From the NCBI GenBank assembly GCA_965208575.1, contig CBDBOV010000002.1, positions 96,001 to 160,000 on the forward strand: a stretch of DNA of 64,000 nt, read 5' to 3'. A program made the translations under genes and the position numbers. Source of the stretch: Spirochaetia bacterium (GTDB lineage Bacteria; Spirochaetota; Spirochaetia; SZUA-6; Bin103). The notes below the pieces were generated by a model. It was not told where the DNA came from. It searched no databases and saw only the letters and a list, made by a program, of their open reading frames with translations. Positions 22,622-32,563 of this stretch are shown here, one piece after another (the first letter of the stretch is position 1; the number at the start of each line of letters is the position of its first letter).

Positions 22622-23794
22622 GTGAGCGAGGACCATCTTGGACGCGTGGCGCCCGCGCTGCGCGCCGCCGGCATCGACGGCTGGCTGTTCTACAACGTCT
22701 ATCACCGCGACCACGTCGCCGACGCGATACTCGGGGTGCCCGCCAACGCCATGAACACCCGCCCCTGGGCCGCGCTGGTCGCCGCCGACGGCACCGTGTC
22801 GCGCATCGTGCACGCCATCGAGGCGGGCGTGCTCGGCCACCTGCGGGGACCGGTGGCCACCTACGCGTCGCGCGATGAGTTCGTGGCCTGCCTGCGCACC
22901 GCCTGTGCGCGCCGCACCCCGGTGGCGGTCAACTACTCGGCCACCATTCCCGCCCTGTCCCTGGTCGACCACGGCCTGGTGGCCCTGCTGCGCCAACTCG
23001 CCATCCCCACGCTGCCGGCGGAGACGCTGATTCAGCGTGTGCTCGGCGTGCTCACCGCGGCCGGCCGCGCCAGCCACGATCGCGCGGCGGTGCTGGTGCG
23101 CGGCGTGCTCGACGACGCCTGGCGACGCCTGGCCGAACGGATACGCGGGCGCGCGGCGGTCAGCGAGGGCGAGGTGCGCGACTGGATCGCCGCGGCGTTC
23201 GCGCGCCACGGGCTGATCACCGAGGAGGCGCCGCTGGTGGCGGCCGGCACGCACAGCAACGACCCGCACTACCAGCCGGCCGGCGCCGGTGCGGCGATCG
23301 CGCCCGACCAGGTGGTGCAGTTCGACCTGTGGGCCCGCGAACCGGACGCCGCCGGCGTATACGCCGACATTTCGTGGGTGGCCTACACCGGGCACGCGGT
23401 GCCGGAGCCGGTGGCGCGCACCTTCGCCGCGCTGTGCGCCGCCCGCGACGGCGCCGTGGCGTTCATTCGCGAACGTCTCGCCGCCACGCAGCCGGTCAGC
23501 GGCGCCGCGGTGGACCGCCACACGCGCGCCATTCTCGACCGCCACCGCCTGCTGCCGTGGGTGCGCCACCGCACCGGCCACGCCATCGACACCCGCCTGC
23601 ACGGCATCGGCGTCAATCTCGACACCGTCGAGTTCCCCGACCCGCGCCCGCTGCTGCACGGCTCCTGCTTCTCGATCGAGCCCGGCGTGTACCAGGCGGA
23701 GTTCGGGCTGCGCACCGAGATCAACGCCTACGTACACGGGCGCGAGCTGGTGGTGTCCGGAGGCGCGCCGCAGCAGGAGGTGCTGCACCTGTGA
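22622..23794 (+). CDS. M24 family (Xaa-Pro) peptidase
   Basis: DPHY, FDLWA, YADISW, HRTGH, FSIEPGVY, GLRTE. Confidence 0.9.
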   Translation: MSEDHLGRVAPALRAAGIDGWLFYNVYHRDHVADAILGVPANAMNTRPWAALVAADGTVSRIVHAIEAGVLGHLRGPVATYASRDEFVACLRTACARRTPVAVNYSATIPALSLVDHGLVALLRQLAIPTLPAETLIQRVLGVLTAAGRASHDRAAVLVRGVLDDAWRRLAERIRGRAAVSEGEVRDWIAAAFARHGLITEEAPLVAAGTHSNDPHYQPAGAGAAIAPDQVVQFDLWAREPDAAGVYADISWVAYTGHAVPEPVARTFAALCAARDGAVAFIRERLAATQPVSGAAVDRHTRAILDRHRLLPWVRHRTGHAIDTRLHGIGVNLDTVEFPDPRPLLHGSCFSIEPGVYQAEFGLRTEINAYVHGRELVVSGGAPQQEVLHL

Positions 23795-24786
23795 CCAACG
23801 CCACCCCGCGGCAAGTGCTGGATGCACTGCGTGCCGCCGAGTCGCTGGTGGTGCTGGGCCACGAAGAGCCGGATGGCGACTGCGTTGCCTCGCAGCTCGC
23901 ACTGGCCGAGTTCCTGAGCAGCCTCGGCAAGCGTGTCGGCGTCTACTCGGCCGGGCCGTTCAACCGGTACGAAATCCGTTCTTACGCGGCGCGCTTCCGC
24001 CCGGCCATCGAGGCGGAGACGTTGCGCCGCAACCCGCTCGCGGTGCTGCTCGACTGCGCCTCGCCCGAGCGCACCGGTTCCCTGGCCGGGCAGCTCGGCG
24101 GGTTGCGCACGGTGGTGATCGACCACCACCCGCCCGGCCCGCCGGGCAGCCCCGACGCCGCTTTCGGCGACCTGCGCCTGGTCGATCCGACGGCGCCCGC
24201 CACCGCCTGTCTCGTGCAGCTCATCCTGGAGTCGAGCGGCACCGCGGTGCGCACCGATCTCGCCGAGCTGCTGCTGCTCGGCCTGTGCACGGATACCGGC
24301 TTCTTCTGCCACGTCGCGGCCGGCAACACCACCGCGTTCGAGGCCGCCGCCCGCCTGGTGGCCAGTGGCGCGAGCCCGCGCGCCACCCACCAGAGCATCT
24401 ACGGCGGGCGCAGCTTCGCCCACCGCCGCCTGCTCGGCACCCTGCTGCTGCGTACCGAACGGTTCCACGGCGGCCGGGTGCTGTTTACCTATCAGTCGCT
24501 CGCCGATCTGCGCGAACTCGGGGAGGGTCCGGCCGGACAGGACGAGCTCTACCAGTTGTTGCGTACGGTGGACGGCAGCGACGTGCTCGCGTTCGTCCGC
24601 GAGCGGCGCGAGGGGGAGTGCTCGGTGAGTCTGCGCTCCGCGCCGAGCGTGGATGTCGCGGCGGTGGCACGCCGCTTCGGCGGCGGCGGACACCGGCAGG
24701 CGGCCGGGTTCACCTGGGCCGGCAACGTGCACACGTTGCGCCCCCTGCTGATCAGCCGCCTCGCTCCGCAGAGTAAATCAGGGTAA
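23791..24786 (+). CDS. nrnA: DHH/DHHA1 phosphoesterase (NrnA-like)
   Basis: HEEPDGD, IDHH, TDTG, GGGGHRQAAG. Confidence 0.9.
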   Translation: MTNATPRQVLDALRAAESLVVLGHEEPDGDCVASQLALAEFLSSLGKRVGVYSAGPFNRYEIRSYAARFRPAIEAETLRRNPLAVLLDCASPERTGSLAGQLGGLRTVVIDHHPPGPPGSPDAAFGDLRLVDPTAPATACLVQLILESSGTAVRTDLAELLLLGLCTDTGFFCHVAAGNTTAFEAAARLVASGASPRATHQSIYGGRSFAHRRLLGTLLLRTERFHGGRVLFTYQSLADLRELGEGPAGQDELYQLLRTVDGSDVLAFVRERREGECSVSLRSAPSVDVAAVARRFGGGGHRQAAGFTWAGNVHTLRPLLISRLAPQSKSG

Positions 24787-24875
24787 ATCAGCCAGCCGTT
24801 CGAGCCCCTCCGCGCGCCGGATCGTATCGCGTTCTGGCATGACGCTTGCTTCCAGGCGGGAACGGAGGTATCGAC

Positions 24876-25850
24876 ATGCTGGAGTTTCCGGCCGGGTTTT
24901 GCAACGAACGGGTATTCGCCGCCCAGCGGTCGCGCCGGCTGCGGCACGCCATGGTCGACAAGTTGGCCGCTTACGCCTATCAGTTCCCGCACAGCACGGT
25001 GGCGTGCCTGGACGAGGATGTACCGGGCGACTTCTTCCTGTACTGCTACGACAAGCTGGAACTGATAATCGACCGCTTCGAGGACCGCGGCATTCCGTTC
25101 GAACACTACTGCAATTCGGTGCTGCGCTGGCAACTGCGCAGCTATCTCAGAGACCGCAAGCATCTCGATCAGCGGTGGCGGGTCGCACTGTACAACCTGG
25201 CGTGGGACAGCAAGGAGTCCATTGCCCGCTGGCAACGCTCGTTCGATCCCGCCCGCGCCGCGGCACGTACGGAACCGCCGCGGCCGCCCATCGCTGCCGG
25301 CCGCGAGTCGCCGGCGCGCGCGCCGGCGCTGCGGCTGGCCGATCCGGCCGGCACGTTCCGCGCGGGCGCCACGCAACGGCCGCGGCGACTCCGGACGCGC
25401 CGCTTCAGGTTGCCGGAGGATCCCTTCCAGCGGCGCATGTTGTACGTACTGTTGAAAACGGCCGACCTGCTCGACGACCGGCAGTTCGCCGCCCTGGTCG
25501 ATGCCACCGGCTGCCATCCCGACAGCCTGCACCCGCTGTTCAGCCGGCTGGGCCGGTTCCGGGAGTCGGCGTACCGGCGCCGGCAAATGCTGCGCGACCG
25601 CCGCAACCGGGCATTCGCGGCGCTGCACGTCTGCGTCGTGCGGGCGAAAGCGGAACCCGACCCGCGCCTCCGCCGGCGGCTGCTCGGGCGTGCAGCGCGC
25701 TGCCGACGCACGGTCGCGGTGGCCCAGTTCGAGCTGTCACGGGTGCGCATGGCGCCGAGCAATCGCCACATCGCCGCCGTGCTCGGCATACCCAAGGGCA
25801 CGGTCGATACCGGGTTGCACCTGTTGCAGCACAACAATGGGTCACAGTAA
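24876..25850 (+). CDS. Hypothetical protein with sigma-70 region 2-like N-terminus and region 4-like HTH
   Basis: GGAGG RBS; DRFEDRGIPFEHY; PSNRHIAAVLGIPKGTVDTGL. Confidence 0.6.
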   Translation: MLEFPAGFCNERVFAAQRSRRLRHAMVDKLAAYAYQFPHSTVACLDEDVPGDFFLYCYDKLELIIDRFEDRGIPFEHYCNSVLRWQLRSYLRDRKHLDQRWRVALYNLAWDSKESIARWQRSFDPARAAARTEPPRPPIAAGRESPARAPALRLADPAGTFRAGATQRPRRLRTRRFRLPEDPFQRRMLYVLLKTADLLDDRQFAALVDATGCHPDSLHPLFSRLGRFRESAYRRRQMLRDRRNRAFAALHVCVVRAKAEPDPRLRRRLLGRAARCRRTVAVAQFELSRVRMAPSNRHIAAVLGIPKGTVDTGLHLLQHNNGSQ

Positions 25851-25860
25851 CCTTGCCGCG

Positions 25861-26478
25861 ATGGAGTTGGTCCTGGCCAGCAACAATCCGCACAAGGTCA
25901 CCGAAGTGCGCCGCATCCTGGTCGGAGCCGCCGTGCGCACCCCAGCCGAACTCGGCGTATCGTTCTCCTTCGAGGAGACCGGCTCCACCTACGAGCAGAA
26001 CGCCCTCGGCAAGGCGCGCCACCTGCACGGCCTGATCGGCATGCCGACGCTGGCCGACGATTCCGGACTTGCCGTGGCGGCACTCGGCGGCGCGCCCGGC
26101 GTTCGTTCGGCCCGCTTCGGACCGCCGGGCGCGGCACTGGACGACGCCGGACGCTGCGCGTACCTGCTGTCCCTGCTGCACGGCGCCGCCGACCGCTCGG
26201 CGGCATTCATCTGCTGCATAGCGGTGGTACTCGATGCACGGCGCCTGGTGCTGGTGCAGGAGGCGGTGGCGGGACGGATCGCGCCGCGGCCGCGCGGCGC
26301 GCACGGGTTCGGCTACGACCCGGTGTTCCTGGTCGACGACGACGACGGCGGCGGCGGCGGCGGCGAGCGCACCATGGCGGAGCTGACCGCCGCCGGCAAG
26401 GACCGCCTCTCGCACCGTGGGCGAGCGCTGCGCCGTATCGCCGCGCTGCTCACCTGCCCGCCGCCGCCGCCCTCCTGA
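25861..26478 (+). CDS. rdgB: Non-canonical purine NTP pyrophosphatase (RdgB/HAM1)
   Basis: ASNNPHK, ADDSGL, GFGYDPVF, SHRGRA. Confidence 0.93.
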   Translation: MELVLASNNPHKVTEVRRILVGAAVRTPAELGVSFSFEETGSTYEQNALGKARHLHGLIGMPTLADDSGLAVAALGGAPGVRSARFGPPGAALDDAGRCAYLLSLLHGAADRSAAFICCIAVVLDARRLVLVQEAVAGRIAPRPRGAHGFGYDPVFLVDDDDGGGGGGERTMAELTAAGKDRLSHRGRALRRIAALLTCPPPPPS

Positions 26479-26494
26479 AACCGGGGCCGCACGC

Positions 26495-27700
26495 TCATCC
26501 GCCGCGCAACAGGCTGGTCAGAAACGACAGGCCCACGAAGGTACCGATCGCGCTGCCGACGCTCGACATGAAGAACACCGCCAGTATGTGGGTGACCCGG
26601 TTGCGCAGAATGCCGCGCACGCTGCCCACGTCCTGTGACAGGTTCTCGAAGTCGACCACCCTCGGCTTGCGCACCATCGCCTGGATCAGCCCGGCCACGA
26701 TACCCACGCCGATGGTGGGGTTCACGGAAGTGATCGGCGCCGCCGCAAACGAGGAAATGATGGTGAGGGGGTGCGCCAGCGCCGCGAGCGCGCCCAGCGC
26801 GGCGAGCGTGCCGTTCACCAGCACCCATTGGGCCAGCTTCTCGATGGTCACCTCGGCGCCGGCACGCAGGAAACCGTACCCCACCAGCGCCACGAACAGC
26901 GCCGGGATGGTCCACGGCAGCAGCCGCGGCAGGCGGCCGGGAGGCGGCACGTGATCCAACTCGTCCAGTTCCTCGATGCGCGGCGGGCGGCGCCGATACA
27001 CGGACAGCCAGCGCTCGATGCCCGGCACGTGGCCGGCGCCGACGACCGCCAACACGCGCTCGCCGCCGGCCTCGAAGATGCGCTGCGCCAGGTACCGGTC
27101 GCGCTCGTCGATCAGCACCTCCTTGACCTGGGGCAGGTAGTCTGCGAGTTCGTCGAGCATGCCCTGCAGCGCGCCGCGCTCCTTGAGCGCCTCGACCTGC
27201 TCGCCGTCCAGCTTCTCGTTCGAGAATCCCGCCGCCAGCAGCGCCGCGAGCAGCTTGAGGCGGCCCCACCAGCCGGTCTTGCGCCACGCACGCCGCAGCG
27301 TCACCTGGATCTCCCGGTCGCACAGCACGAAGGGGATCCCGTCCGCCTCCGCCTCCGCCACCGCCGCGGCCATCTCCGCGCCGGGCTGCACGCCGAGGTC
27401 CATGCCCAGGCGCCGCTGAAACGAGTGCAGCACGATGTTGGTGAGCATCAGGAAACCCTTGCGCTGCTTGAGCACACGCCGGATGTCCAGTTCCATCCAG
27501 CGCCGTTCGCTGCTCATGGTCGCATAGCGACTGGCATCGAGTTCCACGCACACGCAGTCCGGCTGCTCGCGGGCGACGGCGTCGCGCACTTCGGCAACGC
27601 TGCGCTGCGAGATGTGCGCGGTGCCGATCAGGACAACCGAGCGCTCACCAAGTGGTACCGTGACGGGCGCCGAAGCGGGCGAATCAGGTGAATCAGGCAT
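26495..27700 (-). CDS. TraB/GumN (pheromone shutdown TraB-like) membrane protein
   Basis: GTAHIS, VCVELD, LIDERD, VVGAGH, C-terminal TM helices. Confidence 0.9.
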   Translation of the reverse strand: MPDSPDSPASAPVTVPLGERSVVLIGTAHISQRSVAEVRDAVAREQPDCVCVELDASRYATMSSERRWMELDIRRVLKQRKGFLMLTNIVLHSFQRRLGMDLGVQPGAEMAAAVAEAEADGIPFVLCDREIQVTLRRAWRKTGWWGRLKLLAALLAAGFSNEKLDGEQVEALKERGALQGMLDELADYLPQVKEVLIDERDRYLAQRIFEAGGERVLAVVGAGHVPGIERWLSVYRRRPPRIEELDELDHVPPPGRLPRLLPWTIPALFVALVGYGFLRAGAEVTIEKLAQWVLVNGTLAALGALAALAHPLTIISSFAAAPITSVNPTIGVGIVAGLIQAMVRKPRVVDFENLSQDVGSVRGILRNRVTHILAVFFMSSVGSAIGTFVGLSFLTSLLRGG

Positions 27701-27779
27701 TTGTGTTCCGCGCTCAGATTATCGTGTACCGTGACTTGCCGCTACGGTCTCCGGATGATACTATCGACTACTTGGGTGA

Positions 27780-28030
27780 CGGTCTGTGAATAACTTGTGG
27801 ACATCCAACAGCTTCCCAGGACACAAGCAATTGCAGCGTTCCACAGACCTGCTCAGGAATCGCAAGTAACTCGGCATGAAATCATCTTGCTTGGCACAAA
27901 TTATTTCTATACAAGAACTTACAAGTTATTCTGATGCCCTTTCAGGTTCCGTAATGTCACAAAATGTGACACGGCAGGGCTCGCGACTCCTTTCAACTGC
28001 TTGTGAATAACTTGTGCACGAAATGGTTCG
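27780..28030. promoter_or_regulatory. DnaA-box cluster and AT-rich tract upstream of dnaA (oriC part / dnaA autoregulation)
   Basis: TGTGAATAAcTTGTG at 27785 and 28002; AT-rich about 27895-27935; palindrome TGTCACaaaatGTGACA near 27955-27971. Confidence 0.75.
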
Positions 28031-28091
28031 ATAACCGCTTATCAGCGGTTTTTCCGGGTGCAATTGGCTCCACGTGGACAGGAGGCGAATA

Positions 28092-29462
28092 GTGGCTGAT
28101 CATTGGGACTACGAGGCGTTCTGGAACGAGGCGCGCGAGCGGATCAGGGACACCATCACCAGACAGGAATTCGATACCTGGTTCGCCAACATGACCTACC
28201 ATGGTTCGCAGCAAGGAGTCATCGAACTCGGCGTGCCTTCCACGTTCTACCGCGACCAGGTAGCCCAGCGATTCCAGCCCGCTATCGAGCGGGCGCTGTT
28301 TGAGCTGTCGGCACTCCACCTCAAGCTTGCCTACGTGATTCGCGGCGTGAGTCAGTCACAGCCGGCCGCCCCGGCCGCCGCCCCGGCCGCCCCGGTGGCG
28401 TCGCTGCTGGTCGAGGCGCCGCGCCGGCACCGTCAGCTCAACCCCGACTACACGTTCGATCGACTGGTGGAAGGCGAAAGCAACACCTTCGCCCTCAACG
28501 CGGCCGTGGCCATCGCCAAGAACCCGGGCCGCGCCTACAACCCATGCCTGGTATACGGCGGTGTCGGTCTCGGCAAGACCCATCTCCTGCAGGCGATCGG
28601 CAACTGGGCACACGCTTCTCTGCCCGACCTCAAGGTGGTCTACGTCACCGTGGAGACCTTCACCAACGAGTTCATCCAGTCGATCAAGGAGAAGACCGGG
28701 CACCGCTTCAAGAACCGCTACCGATCCGCGGACGTGCTGCTGATCGACGACATCCAGTTCCTGCAGGGCAAGGTGGAGACCCAGCAGGAACTGTTCCACA
28801 CCTTCAACGCCCTGTACGACGCCAACAAGCAGATGGTGTTCAGCAGCGACCGCCCGGTGTCGGAACTGATGAACCTGCCGGACCGCCTGATCAACCGATT
28901 CGAGCGCGGCCTCAACGTCGACCTGCAGCCGCCTACCTACGAGACCCGCATCGCCATCGTCGCCCGCAAGATCGAAGAGCGCGGATTGTCCCTCGAGCAC
29001 GGCATCGTCGAACTGATCTGCCGCAACATCCGCTCCAACGTCCGCGACCTGGAGAAGGCGCTCACCAAGCTCGCGGCCTACACCGAGCTGATGCAGCGCA
29101 CCATCACGCCGCCGATCGCGCAGCGCGAACTGCAGGAGTTCTTCGCCAAGCCCGAGCACCTGAGCATCACCATCGACGGTATCCAGCGCGCCGTGGCGGA
29201 CTACTTCTCGCTCACGCCGGCCGACCTGAAGGGCAAGAAGCGCACCAAGGCGATCGCCTTTCCGCGCCAGGTGGCGATGTACGTATCGCGGTCGCTTACC
29301 AACTTCTCCACCACCGAGGTCGGCCTCGAGTTCGGCGGCCGCGACCACACCACCGTCATGCACGCGTGCCAGCGCATCACCGACCGGCTCAAGACCGACG
29401 CCACCCTCGAGCCCACCCTGCAGCGGATCATCAACACCTTGCGCCAGAAGAGCGTGGCCTGA
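28092..29462 (+). CDS. dnaA: Chromosomal replication initiator DnaA
   Basis: YGGVGLGKTHLL, LIDDIQF, RQVAMY, GGRDHTTV. Confidence 0.98.
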   Translation: MADHWDYEAFWNEARERIRDTITRQEFDTWFANMTYHGSQQGVIELGVPSTFYRDQVAQRFQPAIERALFELSALHLKLAYVIRGVSQSQPAAPAAAPAAPVASLLVEAPRRHRQLNPDYTFDRLVEGESNTFALNAAVAIAKNPGRAYNPCLVYGGVGLGKTHLLQAIGNWAHASLPDLKVVYVTVETFTNEFIQSIKEKTGHRFKNRYRSADVLLIDDIQFLQGKVETQQELFHTFNALYDANKQMVFSSDRPVSELMNLPDRLINRFERGLNVDLQPPTYETRIAIVARKIEERGLSLEHGIVELICRNIRSNVRDLEKALTKLAAYTELMQRTITPPIAQRELQEFFAKPEHLSITIDGIQRAVADYFSLTPADLKGKKRTKAIAFPRQVAMYVSRSLTNFSTTEVGLEFGGRDHTTVMHACQRITDRLKTDATLEPTLQRIINTLRQKSVA

Positions 29463-29499
29463 CCTCCCGGCGCGGCCCCGGCGCGGGTACAGGCACGGG

Positions 29500-29680
29500 A
29501 CAACCTGTGCACGAACTCTGCATCGCGCGTGGGCAAACCGGGCCGGCCGCACTCGACCTGGGTATAATGTGGATAGCCCCGCGCCATCACCAACCACCCC
29601 GGTGGACGGTTAAAATGAAACACTACAAAAGGTTACACTGTTTTTGCACATATCCTCGGCAACTACTACCATAACCCCCA
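29500..29680. promoter_or_regulatory. oriC unwinding element between dnaA and dnaN (DnaA boxes plus DnaA-trio-like repeats)
   Basis: TGTGGATAG at 29568; TTTTGCACA-TATCCTCGG-CAA-CTACTACCATAAC at 29642-29675. Confidence 0.7.
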
Positions 29681-29707
29681 ATCAACTAGGAAGAAGGGAA
29701 TGACACG

Positions 29708-30814
29708 ATGAAGTTCACCTGCGAGCGCGAGTCCATCCTGCACGAGATCGCCAACGCCTACGAAATCATCTCGGTACGCAACTCGTTGTCGATTCTGTCC
29801 AACGTGCTGCTCGACGTCACGGGGCGAAAACTGACCATTCGCGCCACCGATCTGAAGGTCAACTACGAGTCGACGATACCGGTGGAGGTCAAGCAGCCGG
29901 GCAGCGTGACGGTGTTCTGCGACAAACTGCACAGTATTCTCCGTTCGCTGCCCGACGGCGAGGTGGAGCTCGAATTGTCGGACGACACCGTGCTGCGCAT
30001 CAGTCCGGTGTTCAAGAACATCCGCTTCCAGCTCAAGGGCATAGCGGCCGACAAGTACCCGCCGTTCCAGGGCGATGCCGAGGAGCAGGCGTTCACGTTC
30101 GGGAAGCAGGATCTGATCGAGATGATTTCCCACACCCTGTTCGCGGTGTCCGACGACGAGACCAGGTACTTCATGAACGGTGTGTTCCTGGAGAAGCAGG
30201 GCGACCAGATCATCATGGTGGCGACCGATGGGCGGCGGTTGGCCTACGCGTCGAAGGAGGTGGATGCCGCGGTTGCCGACTTCAAGGGGGTGATCATTCC
30301 TCCCAAGGTGCTGAGCGTGGTACGCCGGCAGGCGCCGCGCGAGGGCGAGCTGCGCATGACGGTGAGCGAGCGCGGCTTCCACGTGTCGTTCGATACCCAG
30401 CACCTGTCGTCCAACCTGATCGAGGCGCAGTTTCCCAACTACCAGCGGGTAATCCCCGAGCGCCAGGAGCAGCGCCTGCTGATCGAGCGCAGCGCGTTCG
30501 AGGAAGCACTGCGCCGGGTGTCGCTGCTGGTGGAGCAGAAGTCGCGCCGCATCTACCTGGAGAGCCGGCCCGACAACCTGGTGATCCGGTCGAGCGAAGG
30601 GGAGATCGGCGCCGCGCGCGAGGAGGTTCCGTGCCAATACGACGGACCGGAGATCGTGCTGGCGTTCAACTTCGAGTATCTGCTCGAGCCGCTGCGCGAG
30701 ATGTCCGGCGACCAGGTGGCACTGGAGTTCACCGACAGCGGCAAGGCGCTGTCGCTGCGCCCGGAACCGGAAGGCGACTTCTTCCACATTGTCATGCCGA
30801 TGCAAAGCAGTTGA
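29708..30814 (+). CDS. dnaN: DNA polymerase III beta clamp
   Basis: ATDL, DETRYFMNG, VATDGRRL, FPNYQRVIP, VMPM. Confidence 0.97.
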   Translation: MKFTCERESILHEIANAYEIISVRNSLSILSNVLLDVTGRKLTIRATDLKVNYESTIPVEVKQPGSVTVFCDKLHSILRSLPDGEVELELSDDTVLRISPVFKNIRFQLKGIAADKYPPFQGDAEEQAFTFGKQDLIEMISHTLFAVSDDETRYFMNGVFLEKQGDQIIMVATDGRRLAYASKEVDAAVADFKGVIIPPKVLSVVRRQAPREGELRMTVSERGFHVSFDTQHLSSNLIEAQFPNYQRVIPERQEQRLLIERSAFEEALRRVSLLVEQKSRRIYLESRPDNLVIRSSEGEIGAAREEVPCQYDGPEIVLAFNFEYLLEPLREMSGDQVALEFTDSGKALSLRPEPEGDFFHIVMPMQSS

Positions 30815-30827
30815 AGCAGCGCTCGCG

Positions 30828-31925
30828 TTGGCTCTGCTGGCGGTGCGGCTCACCGATTTTCGCAACATCGCATCGCTGCGCATCGACATCGACGGCCGCG
30901 ACGTGTTCCTGATTGGTGACAACGGGCAGGGCAAGACCAATTTCCTGGAAGCGGTCTATCTGCTGTGCTACGGCGCCTCGTTCCGCACCCGCAACGACCG
31001 CGACCTGATAGCCAATGGCAGCCGCGAGGCAGCCGTGTGGGGCCGGCTGGCCGCCGGCGACGAGCAGCGCGGCGTCGGCATCGGCCTGGAGCGAAGCGCC
31101 GGCAAGCGGATCGCGGTAGACGGCAAGCGCATTCGCGACCGTGCGGCACTGATCGAGTTCGCCCCGGCGATTGCCTTTACCCACGAGGACCTGCGCTTCA
31201 TCGACGGAGATCCGGAGCGGCGCCGGAGTCTGTTCGATCACACGCTGTCGCTGTTCAACCCGTCGTTCATCGACGTGCTGCGGCGCTACCGGCGCGCGCT
31301 GCGGGCGCGCAATGCGCTGCTGCGCACCGGCGACGGCCGGCACGTCGACGTATACGAGCCGGTGCTCGCGACGGCGGGTTGGGAAATCCGCACCCGGCGC
31401 GGCGAACTGTGCGCCGAGTTTGCCTCCGTGTTCGCGGATCTGTGCGATCGAATCGGCGGCATGCGGGACGCCAACATCGAGTATCGTCCGTCCTGGCGGC
31501 GGGCGGCGTGCGCCGACGACGCCGAGTCCGAGTTGCGCGCGCGCCTGGAGCGCGACCTTGCCGCCGGTACCACGACCAGCGGTCCGCACCGTGACGACTT
31601 CCTGATTACGCTCGGAGAGGCGCGCTTCGCGGCGCAGGGATCGACCGGCCAGAAGCGGCTGGCGTCGCTGGTGCTGCGCGTTGCCCAGGCGGAGTTCTTC
31701 GAGCGCACCACCGGGAGGCGGCCGATCCTGCTGCTCGACGACGTGCTGCTGGAGCTGGACGCCGGCAAGCGGGAGCGGTTTCTGCGTCACCTGCCGGCGT
31801 ACGAGCAGGCGTTCTTTACCTTTCTTCCCGACGAACCGTACCAGCGCTACGGGCGCGCCGGAACCATCAGGGTTGCCGTGTCCGGGGGAGCGTTCACACC
31901 ATGTACCGAGCCGGCGACCTGCTGA
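30828..31925 (+). CDS. recF: DNA replication/repair protein RecF
   Basis: FRN, GDNGQGKTN, GPHRDD, STGQ, LLLDDV. Confidence 0.95.
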   Translation: MALLAVRLTDFRNIASLRIDIDGRDVFLIGDNGQGKTNFLEAVYLLCYGASFRTRNDRDLIANGSREAAVWGRLAAGDEQRGVGIGLERSAGKRIAVDGKRIRDRAALIEFAPAIAFTHEDLRFIDGDPERRRSLFDHTLSLFNPSFIDVLRRYRRALRARNALLRTGDGRHVDVYEPVLATAGWEIRTRRGELCAEFASVFADLCDRIGGMRDANIEYRPSWRRAACADDAESELRARLERDLAAGTTTSGPHRDDFLITLGEARFAAQGSTGQKRLASLVLRVAQAEFFERTTGRRPILLLDDVLLELDAGKRERFLRHLPAYEQAFFTFLPDEPYQRYGRAGTIRVAVSGGAFTPCTEPATC

Positions 31926-32290
31926 AGGAGGTGCTCGCGCGCGCCGGGTTCGACGCGCAGGCGCCGGAGGCACGCATCTACCGCGTGTGGGACGACATCC
32001 TCGGGCGCGACCTGTCCGGCCGCGCGCGCCTGCGCGACATCGACCGCGGACGCCTGCTGGTGGAGGTGGATCACCCGGCGTGGATGCAGTTGGTGCAGAT
32101 GCGGCAGCGCCAGATTCTGCGTCGCGTGGCTCGCCGGTTTCCGGCGCTCGGCATTACCCGCCTGCACCTGGTGGTGCGGCCGGCCGCGCCGCCCGCTTCG
32201 GAGCGCCGTCCGGGCGGTGCGGGCGCCGCTGCCGGGCCGCCTCGGCCCCCCGGGCCGGATCCGGACCTATTGCCTCACGTAAAAATCTAA
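31901..32290 (+). CDS. dciA: DUF721/DciA family protein; last 7 aa and stop supplied by the transposon end
   Basis: Position after recF; WDDILG, VEVDHPAWMQ; without the element the gene ends ...CCG GAT TGA. Confidence 0.8.
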   Translation: MYRAGDLLKEVLARAGFDAQAPEARIYRVWDDILGRDLSGRARLRDIDRGRLLVEVDHPAWMQLVQMRQRQILRRVARRFPALGITRLHLVVRPAAPPASERRPGGAGAAAGPPRPPGPDPDLLPHVKI

Positions 32291-32563
32291 CCTTACGGTG
32301 AGCGTGCCTCACGTAAGAATCTAACCGAAAGGGAGGCGGAGAACGAGGGGGGAGCGCGAGGGGGGAGACTCATAAATTGTGGATAAGTGGATAGGCTGCT
32401 GGGCGACCGGCCGGGTTGATTCAAGCACACCAACGCGACCGGGGGCGTATCTGGTTGGTCGGCGCGGATGAGGAGGCGTCAACGGCAGGGAGGTGGTCGG
32501 TGCCGTGTCGTGTCGCTGACCGAAGAGGGGGCGGACGGGTCTGGAGGCGACTTCGGTGCTGGT

